A stretch of DNA of 64,000 nucleotides, taken from assembly GCA_951804945.1 (NCBI GenBank), contig OX638159.1, forward strand, positions 29,636,001 to 29,700,000, given 5' to 3'. Source of the DNA: Podarcis cretensis (lineage: Eukaryota). A program made the translations under genes and the position numbers. This document shows, piece after piece, positions 25,491 to 37,415 of this stretch; within the stretch, counting starts at the first letter, position 1; each line of letters starts with the position of its first letter. The notes below the pieces were generated by a model. The model made no database searches and was not told the DNA's origin. It saw only the letters and a program-made list of their open reading frames with translations.

Positions 25491-28400
25491 AATGATCCAT
25501 GTTCCACAACTTACTTTCTACTCAAGTTGTTTTGGTCTTAAAACTGAAATATATGCCTTCCTGGTATTTTGCAGGGAAGTATGGAAAATTCCTGTAGCCT
25601 CATAGTTTTGACTATTTAATGCACGTTACCTGGGAAACCTAGATCAATATTTGCTGTGCAATAAAAACTTAAGGATAATATATTTGCTTGGACTGCTGAG
25701 ACATAGTCAAAAAGAAAATAATTTAAATTTAAATTTCTCTTATGAAATTCAGATGAATGTATTGTTTGTTAGGGTTACTAAATTTTCCACAATAGCACAA
25801 CATAAAAGGAAATGATCATTCAAATAAATGTGGATTATACATTATCTGTGATTTTGGTGTACCTGTGGGGTCAGGATCAGCCCAAGATATTTTGCTGCCT
25901 GAGTTGAAGGAGAAGGTACCACCCTCACCCACCTCAATTTTGTGTACAGAAACTGACCAGATTAATCTGCTAGTTTTACATCTACACTGGCAATGGGACA
26001 CAGCATCTGAGGGCAGCAGGCTAGCTGGGAGGGCACAGAGCCAGCCAAATGGCACATACAGCTCTGTCTTGCTACTGCCTGGCTCTCAGCATTTGCTTCC
26101 TGAGGCAGCTGTTTCACTCTCCCTCTACCATTCACACAATTTTCTGCTCGGTATTTTTGGCTGGTGTTTCCTTGCTGCTGTTAGTGGTAGAAACATGCAT
26201 GGCAATTACATGGATTATGGGAGTTGCAAAATGGGGGTACTGCTATTTGTGTGGAAATGAAAGGGGGGAAAGCCAAATGGAGAAGAATCCCCTGTAAAAA
26301 GCATGTTACCTGGTATTTTTAAAAGATCCAGTGCTTCAAGGGACAAGATGGCCATGGCTACTCTTGTCTCTACTCCCCCCAGGCCTGTCATCCATCCATC
26401 TGTAAATGTGGCAAGAAATAGAAGCTACATCCATCTCATGTTTAGCTTCATTGTAGAATTTTAAGGCACAGGTTGAATCTGATAACCATGTGGGAAAACA
26501 AATCAAAGTGACATGGGATTAACACAATATTTTGCCTTGTAATTGTGTGCATGCCATGAAAAAGAAGAGTAGGCAAAAGAGGAGTAGAAAGATTGGTATA
26601 AAACTGTGTAAAAGCACTACAGAAATTGAGGTTTTGATGTTGATCTAGAATTAGCCTAGATGTGAACATACCCATAACATTCTCCCACACACATCTCAAT
26701 TATGTAGGGCTGCAGACTTGCCCTTTTTAACTCTGCAGAAAACAATATATTCCCTGAGTAGCCTTGTTATTCACAATGACATTAGTTTCAATGAAAATCC
26801 TCCTCTTAAATTTCAATCCTTGCTTGGAATAAAAGAGGTGCATTTTCTTTTCAAATGTATGTATTTATATGGTTTCTCAGGTCTGTCCTTGATCTGTCAA
26901 TTACTTATGACCTTAGTATTAATCATTGCATTTATCTTTAAATGAATTCCCCTTTGACTCTGCAGCACAATGTATCATTCCATGGCATCATCTTTTCTAA
27001 TGTCCATTTTATACATCATGCTGTTTGTCCTGTCCCCACCCCCACCCCTGTCCCAAACCCTGCTGTGTGCATGTCTCAAGGAATTGTTGGGTTAATGCTC
27101 AGGTGGTTGTTTTGGCTGTTTCTCTGGTGCTTTGCATAATTTCATTTGATTAGTGGACTTTGCAAATAAGATATTATCTTGTTTAAATGTACCTAACATA
27201 AACTTGGGACACCAGTTGTCGTTTAATTCAATTCTAAGAATAAATGATCCATGTGGATTTATTAAGCTATAAGATGCTTACAAAAAATAAATACTGTGTT
27301 TGAAAACAGAACAGCTTTAAAACCAGCTGCTGCAATGAGGCTTGACAGATTCACAATACTTTCAATTCACAATACTCTGTGCTTTTAACATTCACATAGA
27401 AAGGAGAAGTGTGTCAGATGCCTGTTCTCCTATTAGAGTACTGCAGTGGTAAGAAAACAACACCAGTAGGTACAAATATTCTCCCTTGTTAAGCAATGAA
27501 GAGTAAAATATGTCTACTCAGAAGTAAGCCTAATAAGATCAGTGGGCCTGAGGGCCAGGTAAATTCTTGATTCACATTGACAGCCTCAACACAAGCAGAG
27601 AGCACTGTTACGTTAAAGCTCAACAAAGCTCAAAAAAAGCACCAATTGTATGGACTGGTGCCTTGATATGAAGGCTGTCCTTATGCCTCCTTTATTTGCA
27701 TAATCATGGCAGCCCTTTTGGATGCACCACAATCACATATCATAGCAGCTGTGTGGACAGCCTTCATGTGAAGACTCTGGTTCATGCAATGGTATACTCA
27801 CTGCATGAGTCTGACAGCAGCCCACATGATGTTTGCTTTCAAGTGTGCTACTGATCAGACCTAAGCCATACGTATCCTATTAGGTGAAGAGGCCCACTGC
27901 ATGCTCATGGTATCTTTGCATATGTGTTCAGCAGTCTGTGTGGAGCCTTTATGAAGGAGTGGATTTGTTTTAGAATAAGTCCATCTTTTTATTTTACACA
28001 AAACAAGTTTTACTGGACTGAGTCATTAGTTCAGACGTGCTCTATGCAGCTGTATGTTATGTCTGCCTTACTACCTGTTATTATCAGACTGAAGATCGTT
28101 TTAGAGCTACATGAGGGCAAATGCCTGCTTTACACTACAGCAATGAACCTCAGATCCCTGTTATGTGTGACCATATCATGCATGTGTTAGTGAACACACA
28201 TTTTTGACATATTAAACATTTAATGTGTAAGTGGACATTTTAATAGAACTGCTAACTGTATGGTAACACTTAACAATATGTAAAGGAGTAATCTGTATCC
28301 TCTAGCCTTATCATAAGCCTAGTATTACCAGGATCCCTGAATTTTCAAACAACTGTTGGAATGTAGTGGCACTGAACAACAGGAATAAAGGCAACAGCCA

Positions 28401-28619
28401 GCTTGCTATGTGAATCAAAATGCTTCAGTGGACGTTTAAAATTGCTATTCTATGAAACCTACAACATATCCCCTAACATGCAAGGTATGCATAGGCTATT
28501 TGCAGTATACTTCTAAATTATGTCTAATGTGACCCTAAGACTACGGAGAAAGAGAAAAATACAAAAGGGTTTACTAAAAGCAAAAATTCTAATTGGAAAG
28601 AAATCAGCAGTAGAATATC

Positions 28620-29490
28620 CCTGTGACCATTCTTAGGCCGAAGTTTATTCAGTATTTTTATTAGTAATAGAAAGAGAAGTAGGGGTGTTTTGATTAAATT
28701 TGCAGCTGATACTGAGCGAGGAGGCAGTGTCAATACAAGGAAGGATCAGGAAATTATGCAGACTGAAATAGATGATCTCATGAACTGGCGTAATAATAAA
28801 AATACAAGAAAATTCAATATGTGTAAGGTCATGCATTTGGGACTGTGGGCTCATCAAGTAGGAACAACTGGGGAAGAAAGAGATTTCAAGATACTGGGTG
28901 GTCACAGGGTGAAAGTGAACTACCAATGTGATGCTGATGCAAAGAGGAAAAAGTAAATTCTACAAGCTTATAAGGCAAAGTCTGTTCTTGGATTTATTAG
29001 GGTGGGGAACTTTTGTAGGAACAAAAGAATTATTGGTACCCTCGTACTAGGTGCTGATAAGACCACATCTGGAAAAATGCTTCATGTTGGTTACCCATTT
29101 AAATAAAAAATGTTCAAAATGGAATCCATGCAAAAAGCAATCAGGTTGGTTAAGTAAAATGTATTTTCTGAGTAGATGTTTCAAAGGTTTTGCCCCTTTA
29201 GCTTATAAAAAGGAGACTGGGAAGTGATATGACAGCACTATACAAATTTTGCTAGAGGAAGTAGTACAGAAAGGGAGATGAATTTAGGCTTTAAAAACCA
29301 GGCATATAACATCACTGGCTACATATTTGAAATAAGCTTTTGTAAAAATTACAGGTCTCAACCCATGAAATAGTGTAGAACATACGGTAAGTTCACTTGG
29401 ATTCATGATAGGGCCACCGCACTTCATATGACAGCCATGCCTTTAGTGTAACCACTGAATTTCCTCGTGTTTAAAGAGGGCTTGAAATAT
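28620..29490 (+). mobile_element. Old CR1 LINE ORF2 (RT C-terminal) fragment
   Basis: ORF 28690-28956 (IKFAADTERGG...EIDDLMNW...KFNMCKVMHLG) matches the CR1 pattern KFADDTKLGG...DLD.L..W...FN..KCKVLHLG. Downstream ctgataagaccacatctgga gives LIRPHLE. Confidence 0.8.
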
Positions 29491-29723
29491 TTTTTTTTTT
29501 TAAGGTTTCAGAAAATAACAAAGATAGGAAGCCCAAGATCCAGCATACCTGTTTGCAGATTATCTATACCACATATCATATTCATTGTCTAGCAGGTAAT
29601 ATTCTGAAAATCTCCTATTCCCTTTCTTGTAAAGCTATGGTGAAGATTCACGTCACCAGTAAATGCACAAGTTGATTTCTGTGCCAGCACCTGAAATTAG
29701 ACATTTTCTGCAAGAAGCCAACA

Positions 29724-29807
29724 ATGTTGTTGGACTACAACTCCCATCATCCATTAACACTGGTCATGCTGGCAGGGGCTTATAGCAATTGTAATCCAAC
29801 AACATCT
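29724..29807. mobile_element. Palindromic squamate MITE remnant
   Basis: Inverted arms atgttgttggactacaactcccatcat and gcaattgtaatccaacaacatct, a common lizard repeat. Confidence 0.65.
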
Positions 29808-30310
29808 ACAGAGATGTCCCTGTCTGTCGTTGTTGTTGTTGTTCCTAGTCCAATGCATCCAACTGAACTGAATTTAGTTGGATTGGCATAACCTGAAATA
29901 ATTGAAAATTTCAAGCATCATCAGGTCCTTGGAGAAATATTTTGACATTACCACTGTAGCGTATCAACCTAGGTATGTTATCTGCAGATGAAGATTTGTA
30001 TTGAAATCTTCTTTTCTGCACAGCAGGACAAGCTTTTGTTTTACATAGCTTGTATACTCCACAACAGGGGCTCATTGTCCTACAGAAACTTGTAAACTCT
30101 GCGGAAGGAGCACTTTGTCCTGCACAGTAGGCAAACACCTACTCAGGCAATCTCCAGGTGTAAATTATAGCATCTTTAATCTCAGTGCCCTATACCAAAA
30201 GAGACTGTAATACTCAGAAGAGGAGTTTGAGGAGTTTCTGGGAGCAGCAGCAGCAACAAAATAATTTAAATTGAATTTCTGCCCCTGTCATGAAAAAGGC
30301 CAGAAATGTT

Positions 30311-30328
30311 TAATAATAGTAGTAGTAA

Positions 30329-30363
<35 letters not shown>

Positions 30364-30368
30364 ATAAT
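30311..30368. repeat. (TAG/TAA)n microsatellite
   Basis: Read directly from the sequence. Confidence 0.95.
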
Positions 30369-31102
30369 ATAAAGTGCAGCTGTTTATTATTTTGCACATT
30401 CGCTAGTGATAGCAGTTTTCTGGAAATATAAAACTCAATCATACTTAGCTTTCTTCCTGCTTAAGGTTAGAATCTAGTATACACTTCTTGTAGAGTAAGC
30501 CCCACTGAAATCTAAATAAACATGCAAAGAATTGCACTGTAGATGTCTAACATCTCAGTATTTCCCCCCACTCCTATTAATGCTTATTTTGCTTTCCATT
30601 TTGTAGATATTTTCCTAATTTAACATTAACACATTTATTTACTATTCCAGGTTGTTAATGATGTTTTTAAAACATGAGCCTAATACTTTTAAAACATGAG
30701 CCTAATACTTTGCCCAATCCCATTGAAGATAATTGCATATTTTCAACTGTCTTCAGAATAGTCATGATTTTACTCTGGAATCCTGGGCCTAAACATGAAC
30801 TCTAGCTTGTCCGCCTATGTCATTGATATAATCTCATAAATTGTTCTACAGACAATGGCCAGTTTAGGAGCATCCAAATGATGCACGATCAAACTGGGAA
30901 GTAGCCCCCAAACGTCATAGAGATGTCACGAAAAGGGGAAGACAGAATGGGGCAGAGCGGAGCGGATTGTATTGTATTAAAACTATCCTATTCAGTCACA
31001 CAGTAAATCTAAGACAAGCACTTGGTGATATGATTTATTCCCAGTTGTTGAGAGAATATTTGTAAGATGTTACAGTTGGCCCAACACACCTGCAGAGCCA
31101 TT

Positions 31103-31104
<2 letters not shown>

Positions 31105-31143
<39 letters not shown>
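31105..31143. repeat. (AAT)13 microsatellite
   Basis: Read directly from the sequence. Confidence 0.95.
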
Positions 31144-32780
31144 CACCTCCCCAAAGAAGCATAGGCAAGTAATGCTTAGAAATACTTCTGTGTGTACAAC
31201 ATTTTCTGAATTATTCCCTTCACATGCAAAAAGATGCTAAAATCTAGCACTTTCAATATTCAGAATGGCATGCACTGTCCTGCTGGACACACCATGCAAG
31301 AGAGTCAGCATCCCATGTGATTTATTCACCTTCTTTCCCCAGCAGCTTGTACAGTTCTGCCAGACCAAGGCAAGAAGAACCTTACATGCATTCTAGTGCT
31401 GCACGTGAGGTTCTCTGGATTGGGGTCACTGCATATGACCTTCTAATTCTAGAAATGTTGCTTCTGCCCCTAGTTATCTAGCTCTACCTGAATACAAATG
31501 GGAGGTAATGGAAACTTCTCAACCCACTAGGTTAATAATACTGCAGTTCTTTATGCATATTTCCAGGAAAACCATTACTGTACTGGACAAACAGAAAATC
31601 ATCCATGTTACTGCCTAGACATTTAGTAATTCAGTGTGATATAATTATTGACATGTCTACTTCTATTTATTCCTAAATTTCACATTACCTTGAGGGTACG
31701 TGTGGATTTTCCCCTTTTAAGAAGACCATTATTATTTTCTCTGAATTGCAATCAAATTTGCCACAAGTGATTTCTTCTTCTTCTTCTTTTAAGTAATACA
31801 GTAGTTGCTTCCCACCCACACCAGTGCTCTGGCATCTTCCTGATTCTGCATGAGTTTTCAGAAATAATTGCCAGTAGTTCAGCAAATTCATTAACTAATT
31901 CCCTTACGACTCAGTGATGCTTGTCATCCAGACCTGCTGATTTGTATATTATTTTTTTCTAAGTATTCCCACATCTGTGTATTTTTTTTCTAATCCAACA
32001 GCTATATTGACAAGGTCTCCATTGTTCATCAGTACTACTTTTCTGTATTTTTAGACTGATATTAAAACTATCTTACCCCTTTTAGACAAATTAAATCATT
32101 CATTAGTAGATCCACTTTGTGTTTATTATTTTTCACTTAGTATTTTAAAAATTATTGCTTCCTTTGGCTAGCATGGCTCCATTTTGCATTTCTTCTGCCT
32201 TCTTCTTTAAATTGCTACATTTTAAATTGCCTCAGATTTTAAAATGGCCACCTTGAAAATTAATGATTTCCAAAGCAGTTATTTTCTACCCTCATATATT
32301 GAAACAGTCCCCTGTGAAACTACATGAGCTCTTCACGTTCAGTGCTTCTGGTACAATTGAAAAATCTTAAGGGTAGCAAGATTCTAGGTTGTTCTTATCT
32401 TCTCCCACTCATTGATTTTAATACACCCTCTCATTACATCATACTTCTCAGATTGCTTAAATCCCATAAGGTTTATTCCTTGAAGTTGTTTTTGTGGCTT
32501 TATTCGATTGCATTGCTCAGTGTGGCTGCACTGAATTTGAATAGTTTTTATTCATTTGGTACAAATATTTCATATTTCAGCCTCCAGTTTTGTCCTTCGG
32601 CAAAGAACTTATACTAATAGCTGCCTCTCCCAATGATTTCAGTCAGTTCAGCTACGTGGTAATCAGTGACTTTGATCATAGACATCTAGCTACATTTTGT
32701 CAACCAAGCATTTCATGAAGTTCCTATATAAAAACAATAGGCTAGATAGGAATTAGGAAACCTCAGTTAGCTATTGCCTT

Positions 32781-32860
32781 AGGCTGCAATCCTAACTCCG
32801 CTTACTAGGAGTAAGCCTCACTGAGTAAGACTTACTCCTGAGTAGACATGGTTGGGATTG
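32781..32860. repeat. Short palindromic squamate interspersed repeat (gctgcaatcct...cttac...gtaag...ggattg type)
   Basis: aggctgcaatcctaactccgcttactaggagtaagcc...gacttactcctgagtagacatggttgggattg. More diverged relatives occur near 27505, 30465-30540, 41100-41200 and 61862-61965. Confidence 0.5.
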
Positions 32861-35532
32861 AATTTTTTGTTACCATAATTTTTCATAAGAAAAAAGAATG
32901 GAGGGCACTGCCAAAACTAGCCAAAAAAAGCAAAGAGAGGAGGTGAGACTCCAGAGTCCAGCAGGTGCCAGAACAGAGGACTTTTTGTAAATAAAGTTTT
33001 TATGAGCTTGTTCCTCAGGGACAGCAGTGCAAGTTCTTCTATATCAAAAGATGCTTTTGAAGCAATTTCGTTGTCGAAGCTTCATTGTCCCTGACAATGT
33101 GCTGCTGAAGTCCAGTGTCTTCTTAATTTTACATTAGCTGAAAAGTGGATTGGATAGCCATATACAGGTGCACTGTAATTTGATTTCCTGGTTCCTGATC
33201 CCAGAAATAATACATGCCAAAAGAATCCTGCTTTCCTACATTGATTCCCTAACTTATATTAGTAGCAGAGCCATGGGGGGCAGATAAAATGTTGTTCTCA
33301 TTCCTCTTCCTTTGTCCCTCCGTGGATATTTTTTTATGTCCCATGCAAAATTCTGTGTAGAAAATGGACTGCACTTGTATTCCTATCCAAAGTTTACTAT
33401 CTGGTTCACTGTGATTTTGATCAATATTTTAACACATTATTGTGAGAATAAATAATATTGTGCAAATATTTCATTTACCATGAAATGACTTATGCCTATT
33501 ATTTCCTGCTACTATTTGGATATATATTTTTGCCTCCTGCTCATTTCCATTTGGCAAAATTGTTATATAATGAGAAAATCATTATATGGAGAAAATCATT
33601 CCATGGATGGTGGCCATAATGTTTTACTGTGAAATCCTGGAAAGATGTGCTACTCTTTTTTTCCTTTCTCTCTCTGATAGTTAACCATGAATATCTATGA
33701 GCAAAATGTGACATCTCAAATGTTATGAAGGGTCAGCATTTATACTTGACAATATGAGAGGACTAAGATTTTAGAGCAATCCTAGTCAAGCAACAGATCA
33801 TCATAATTGTAGAAACTAAAAAGTCATTGTAGCGATTGTACCACAAGGGAAATTGTTCATCCATCAGTAAGATTGTTACAAGGTAAGAGACAATGAGGAA
33901 AGGGAGTTAAAATTGCTTTAGCCCATTGAGTCATCAGTTTCCTCTAGATTCAAAAGCCTGAATTGGTTTTGGAGAGAAGTGGCATAAGAGGATTGCTACG
34001 GGAAATCTTAACAAGTTGATCATAGTCTCAGTAACACTAGCAAGTGTAAGTATGATCTCTCCTAAGGAAAAGTGTAGGTTACATATTGAAGGAGAGAGAA
34101 AAGGATGGGAGTACAATTAGCACATGTCTTCTCTCACTTTTTTTTGGTCATGTGTATTTGGAAGATGGCTGTTCACAAAGGAAAACAGATGTGATAAATA
34201 GTGAAACATTCCCATCACTCTGCAAGTAATTTATTGTAAATGTAGGCCTATATTTACAAATGAATGTGTACTGGCTTATGAGAGAGAGATCAGTGGCAAC
34301 ATAAAGGGATAAATGTTAGTTGTACTATGGATGTGGAAGATGTGGAAAATATTTGTGCAGAGTAGCATCCTACAGTACTAATATGTAAGATTAAAAATTG
34401 TGAATGGAGATTATTGACTACCTTTGTGTTCTGCTTAAACGCAATTAGAAGTGGGGACAATAATGTAATTGTGGCTACCTGTTTAAGAGAGCATATAAAG
34501 TGGCCAATTGTTTTTTTGCAATTTTAGTCTATTTGCTAAAACTTACAAGATATGTGCGCCAGATTTATCTATGGGCAGGTGAGATATCTTTGAAAAAGTG
34601 CTATCTTTTTCTTTGTGTTACAAGGAATTCTTTGTGACCCTAAAGTCCCCAGGATGTTTGCTGTGATACAAAGCCCTTTGTTTTAAAGGTGCTTGTATGT
34701 GATGGTTAATGCATTTTATAAAAGGCATCTGTGGAAGTGATATCCTTCTTTGAAGTGACCTGCCTTAAGTGTTAAGAGTGTAGGGGAATATATGTGCAAA
34801 TTAGATTTGAAAAGCAAACCTCTGCGGTGGGATGTATATGCACTGTAGAAGGGTCTTTGTGTAATAGTTGCCTCTGGAAAGGGATCTCTTTATGGGAGTA
34901 GTAAGAATGTTGGTTTTGTAAGGAAGTGGCTTTGCAACTGTATGCTAATATTACTACCATTGGTATGATCCAGCAGGGACTCAGAATATATATTTTTTGT
35001 ATCACTCCCATCCCAGAGTCACCCAACCACCCATCAGGAAAGCTCTCCTTCAGGGTAGGCCAGGGCCATCATGTCCTTTATTGTTGTAACTCCCANNNNN
35101 NNNNNNNNNNNNNNNNNNNNNNNNNNNNNNNNNNNNNNNNNNNNNNNNNNNNNNNNNNNNNNNNNNNNNNNNNNNNNNNNNNNNNNNNNNNNNNNNNNNN
35201 NNNNNNNNNNNNNNNNNNNNNNNNNNNNNNNNNNNNNNNNNNNNNNNNNNNNNNNNNNNNNNNNNNNCCTGGGATCTGGAGGCTTCCCAGCAGCATCTCT
35301 GCATAATTGTGTTATATAGGAAGGGCTCTGAACTCTTTCAGGGCATCTGGTTGCTGGGTATTGGGGGGGGGATTATTAGATGCTGTTACTGTTTGGTTTA
35401 TGAAAGAAACATGCAGGGGAGTAAAAGGTTTTGGGACTCCTTAGCCAATCAGTGTGAGAGAGGAAAAGCATATGTCAAGAACAATGATCCCAGATCCATC
35501 TCACTTTTCCAGAATACAGATTTATGGTGCTA

Positions 35533-35535
<3 letters not shown>

Positions 35536-35567
<32 letters not shown>
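35536..35567. repeat. (TA)n microsatellite
   Basis: Read directly from the sequence. Confidence 0.95.
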
Positions 35568-35572
<5 letters not shown>

Positions 35573-36923
35573 AGAGATTTAATCTGTGTTTTTGCAGGTG
35601 TGGGAGACCATCACCATAACCACATACATTTGGTTTATTGAAAGAGAGGCTTTATCTAAGTGGATATGAGTGTTTTAAGCAGAAAAAAGTTGTTTCTCAG
35701 TCTGTTCACTTGATTCTTGCTTGTAGAAGAGTGAAATGTCTGGCCATACAGGAAAGTGTACCTAATTAAGCAGCTGTCTTTTGGGAACAAGAAACACTGG
35801 AGAAAAGAAGTTACGGTACTACTTCTGTTTGAAAGGCACCCCAGCTTTCCTAAAACAAGGTCACATATATTGCTGCCTGAGAGTGCCTTGCTAATCAAGC
35901 CACTTAAGTGTTCAGCTTCCCAAGGTTCTGTTCCATCAAAAATTGGGAATATAAACATAATAGGATGATCAGACTGCCAAAGGGCATTACTCATACATCC
36001 TTACTCTTTGCAGACAAGATTTTTGCATGTTCAGCTTGTCAAGGATCTGCATCTGCCAAAATATCTGTTACTATGTAACTGTTGCAGGTATAGGAGAGTC
36101 TCTGCCCCTGCCCCTAGTAGATTAGGATATTAGATTTGGACCAATGAGGCATGTATCCACGAAGTCTCCCACGTTTTCTCTTAAGTTTATTTCAGAACTA
36201 TTAGCTTTCAGACCTGATTTCCTCTCTATAAAATGTGAATAACTGTGTAGGTTTGTTGTAAGGGCAGTATCTTGAACTTTAAAACAAATGAAAATGAAAA
36301 TAATTAATCCCATTGGGAATGCTCTAAATGGTTGGTGGAGAAAAGAGGCAGACAGGATACTTCGTACCAAACTGGAATCCTACCCCTTTTCAGTGAGAGC
36401 CCTTTTCCTGTCTTAAGGCTGGTTAACAACTCCTTTCCCCTCCCTGGGGCTTAATTTGAGTCAAGAGTTCAGAAGCTCTTTTCAGTGCCAAGCTGCAGGC
36501 CTGGTGAAGCATGTGCAGAATGCTCCTCTCGCAGTTGTGAGTTGCCACAATCAGCCTTGGCACGGGCAGCCTGGATGAGAGGGCAGGCCTTGCGGGCTGC
36601 CAGCCTTCAGAAAACGCCTCTCCCGTGCCCTGACGGAGAGCCTAACCTTTCACAGCCCCAGGCCTGGCTGCGCGCTTACGCAGAACAAGCAAGGCCCCCT
36701 TGATGCCACGGGCATGCACTCCCGGCTCAGGGTGCGCAGGATTTCAGCCTGGGCGCCCTTTCGCCAAGAAGGGGGGATCCGGGAGGGCGGGGCGAAGCTG
36801 CCTTGGCCGCCGCCTGCGTCCCGCTCCTCCACTTGACCCCTGCGGCTCGCTGTCGTCGGGGGGCGGAGTGTCTTCCTCCCGCTCCCCCTCCTCCCCCTCC
36901 CTTCCCTCCGCCCGAGTCGCAGG

Positions 36924-36960
36924 CAGTGACGCTGTGCTTCTCCTTCCTTGTGTGTTGCAG
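36924..36960 (+). promoter_or_regulatory. 3' splice site: candidate branch point (CAGTGAC), polypyrimidine tract, AG at 36959-36960
   Basis: cagtgacgctgtgcttctccttccttgtgtgttgcag lies directly before the FAM172A-like reading frame. Confidence 0.85.
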
Positions 36961-37103
36961 GCACGGAGCGGCACGAGCTGACCTCGTGGAAGAGCTACGC
37001 GTCGATCTTCCGCTTCTTCGGCGACGCCATGGAGGCGAAGAGCAGCTCGGGCAAAGCGGCTCCGACGCGCCGCTCGCAGCGGATCCGCTACGAGGAGCTG
37101 TAA
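36961..37103 (+). CDS. FAM172A: Terminal coding exon of FAM172A/ARB2A (Arb2-domain, AGO2-interacting cotranscriptional regulator); the first 2 nt complete an upstream Gly codon
   Basis: Polypyrimidine tract and TGCAG acceptor end at 36960. The frame reads (G)[46 protein letters not shown], TAA at 37101-37103. This is colinear, without indels, with the human FAM172A C-terminus as I recall it ([47 protein letters not shown]). Confidence 0.93.
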
Positions 37104-37319
37104 CCGGGCGGGAGGCGGGCGGGCGGGAGCCGGCGCCTGCTTGCCTGCCTGCCTGCCTGCCTTCCCGCCTGCGCGTCTGGGCGGCGGCGCTCGGCAGTCC
37201 CAGCCCCTCATTAGATTGTTTTCTTCCTAGAGCACAGGGTCGCCGTGTCTACATCTAAGTAGCGTTTTGCATTATTTCTAGATGAGTGCAGCTGTCAAAG
37301 CAATATGGGTTCACTGGTT

Positions 37320-37415
37320 GTGCTTCCTGTGGGCTGCGGCGGGGATTTCGGGCTGCCCATCAGCGCGCAGATTAAGGCTGACAGCAGCACCGCACCGCGC
37401 AGCCTGGTGCAGCTC
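37320..37415 (+). ncRNA. Hairpin positionally and partly sequence-orthologous to human MIR2277; not established as a miRNA here
   Basis: Begins GTGCTTCCTG, contains TCAGCGC.CA.ATTAAGGCTGACAGC and ends AGCTC, as in the recalled hsa-mir-2277 precursor in the FAM172A 3'UTR. Manual folding gives about 23 bp. Confidence 0.5.

Larger units (their letters stand above)
1..36960 (+). other. FAM172A: Distal part of the last intron of FAM172A/ARB2A
   Basis: I did not recognise the penultimate exon (NCCNWVSSSEPLD...RVSAG) upstream in the window. The region is AT-rich and TE-bearing and ends in a canonical 3' splice site. The human last intron is very long. Confidence 0.75.

Noticed and set aside
36744-37258. 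ORF-track proteins 36803..37258 (+) and 36744..37211 (-)
   Set aside because: They are wrong-frame or antisense shadows of the GC-rich FAM172A exon. The real frame starts at the splice acceptor.
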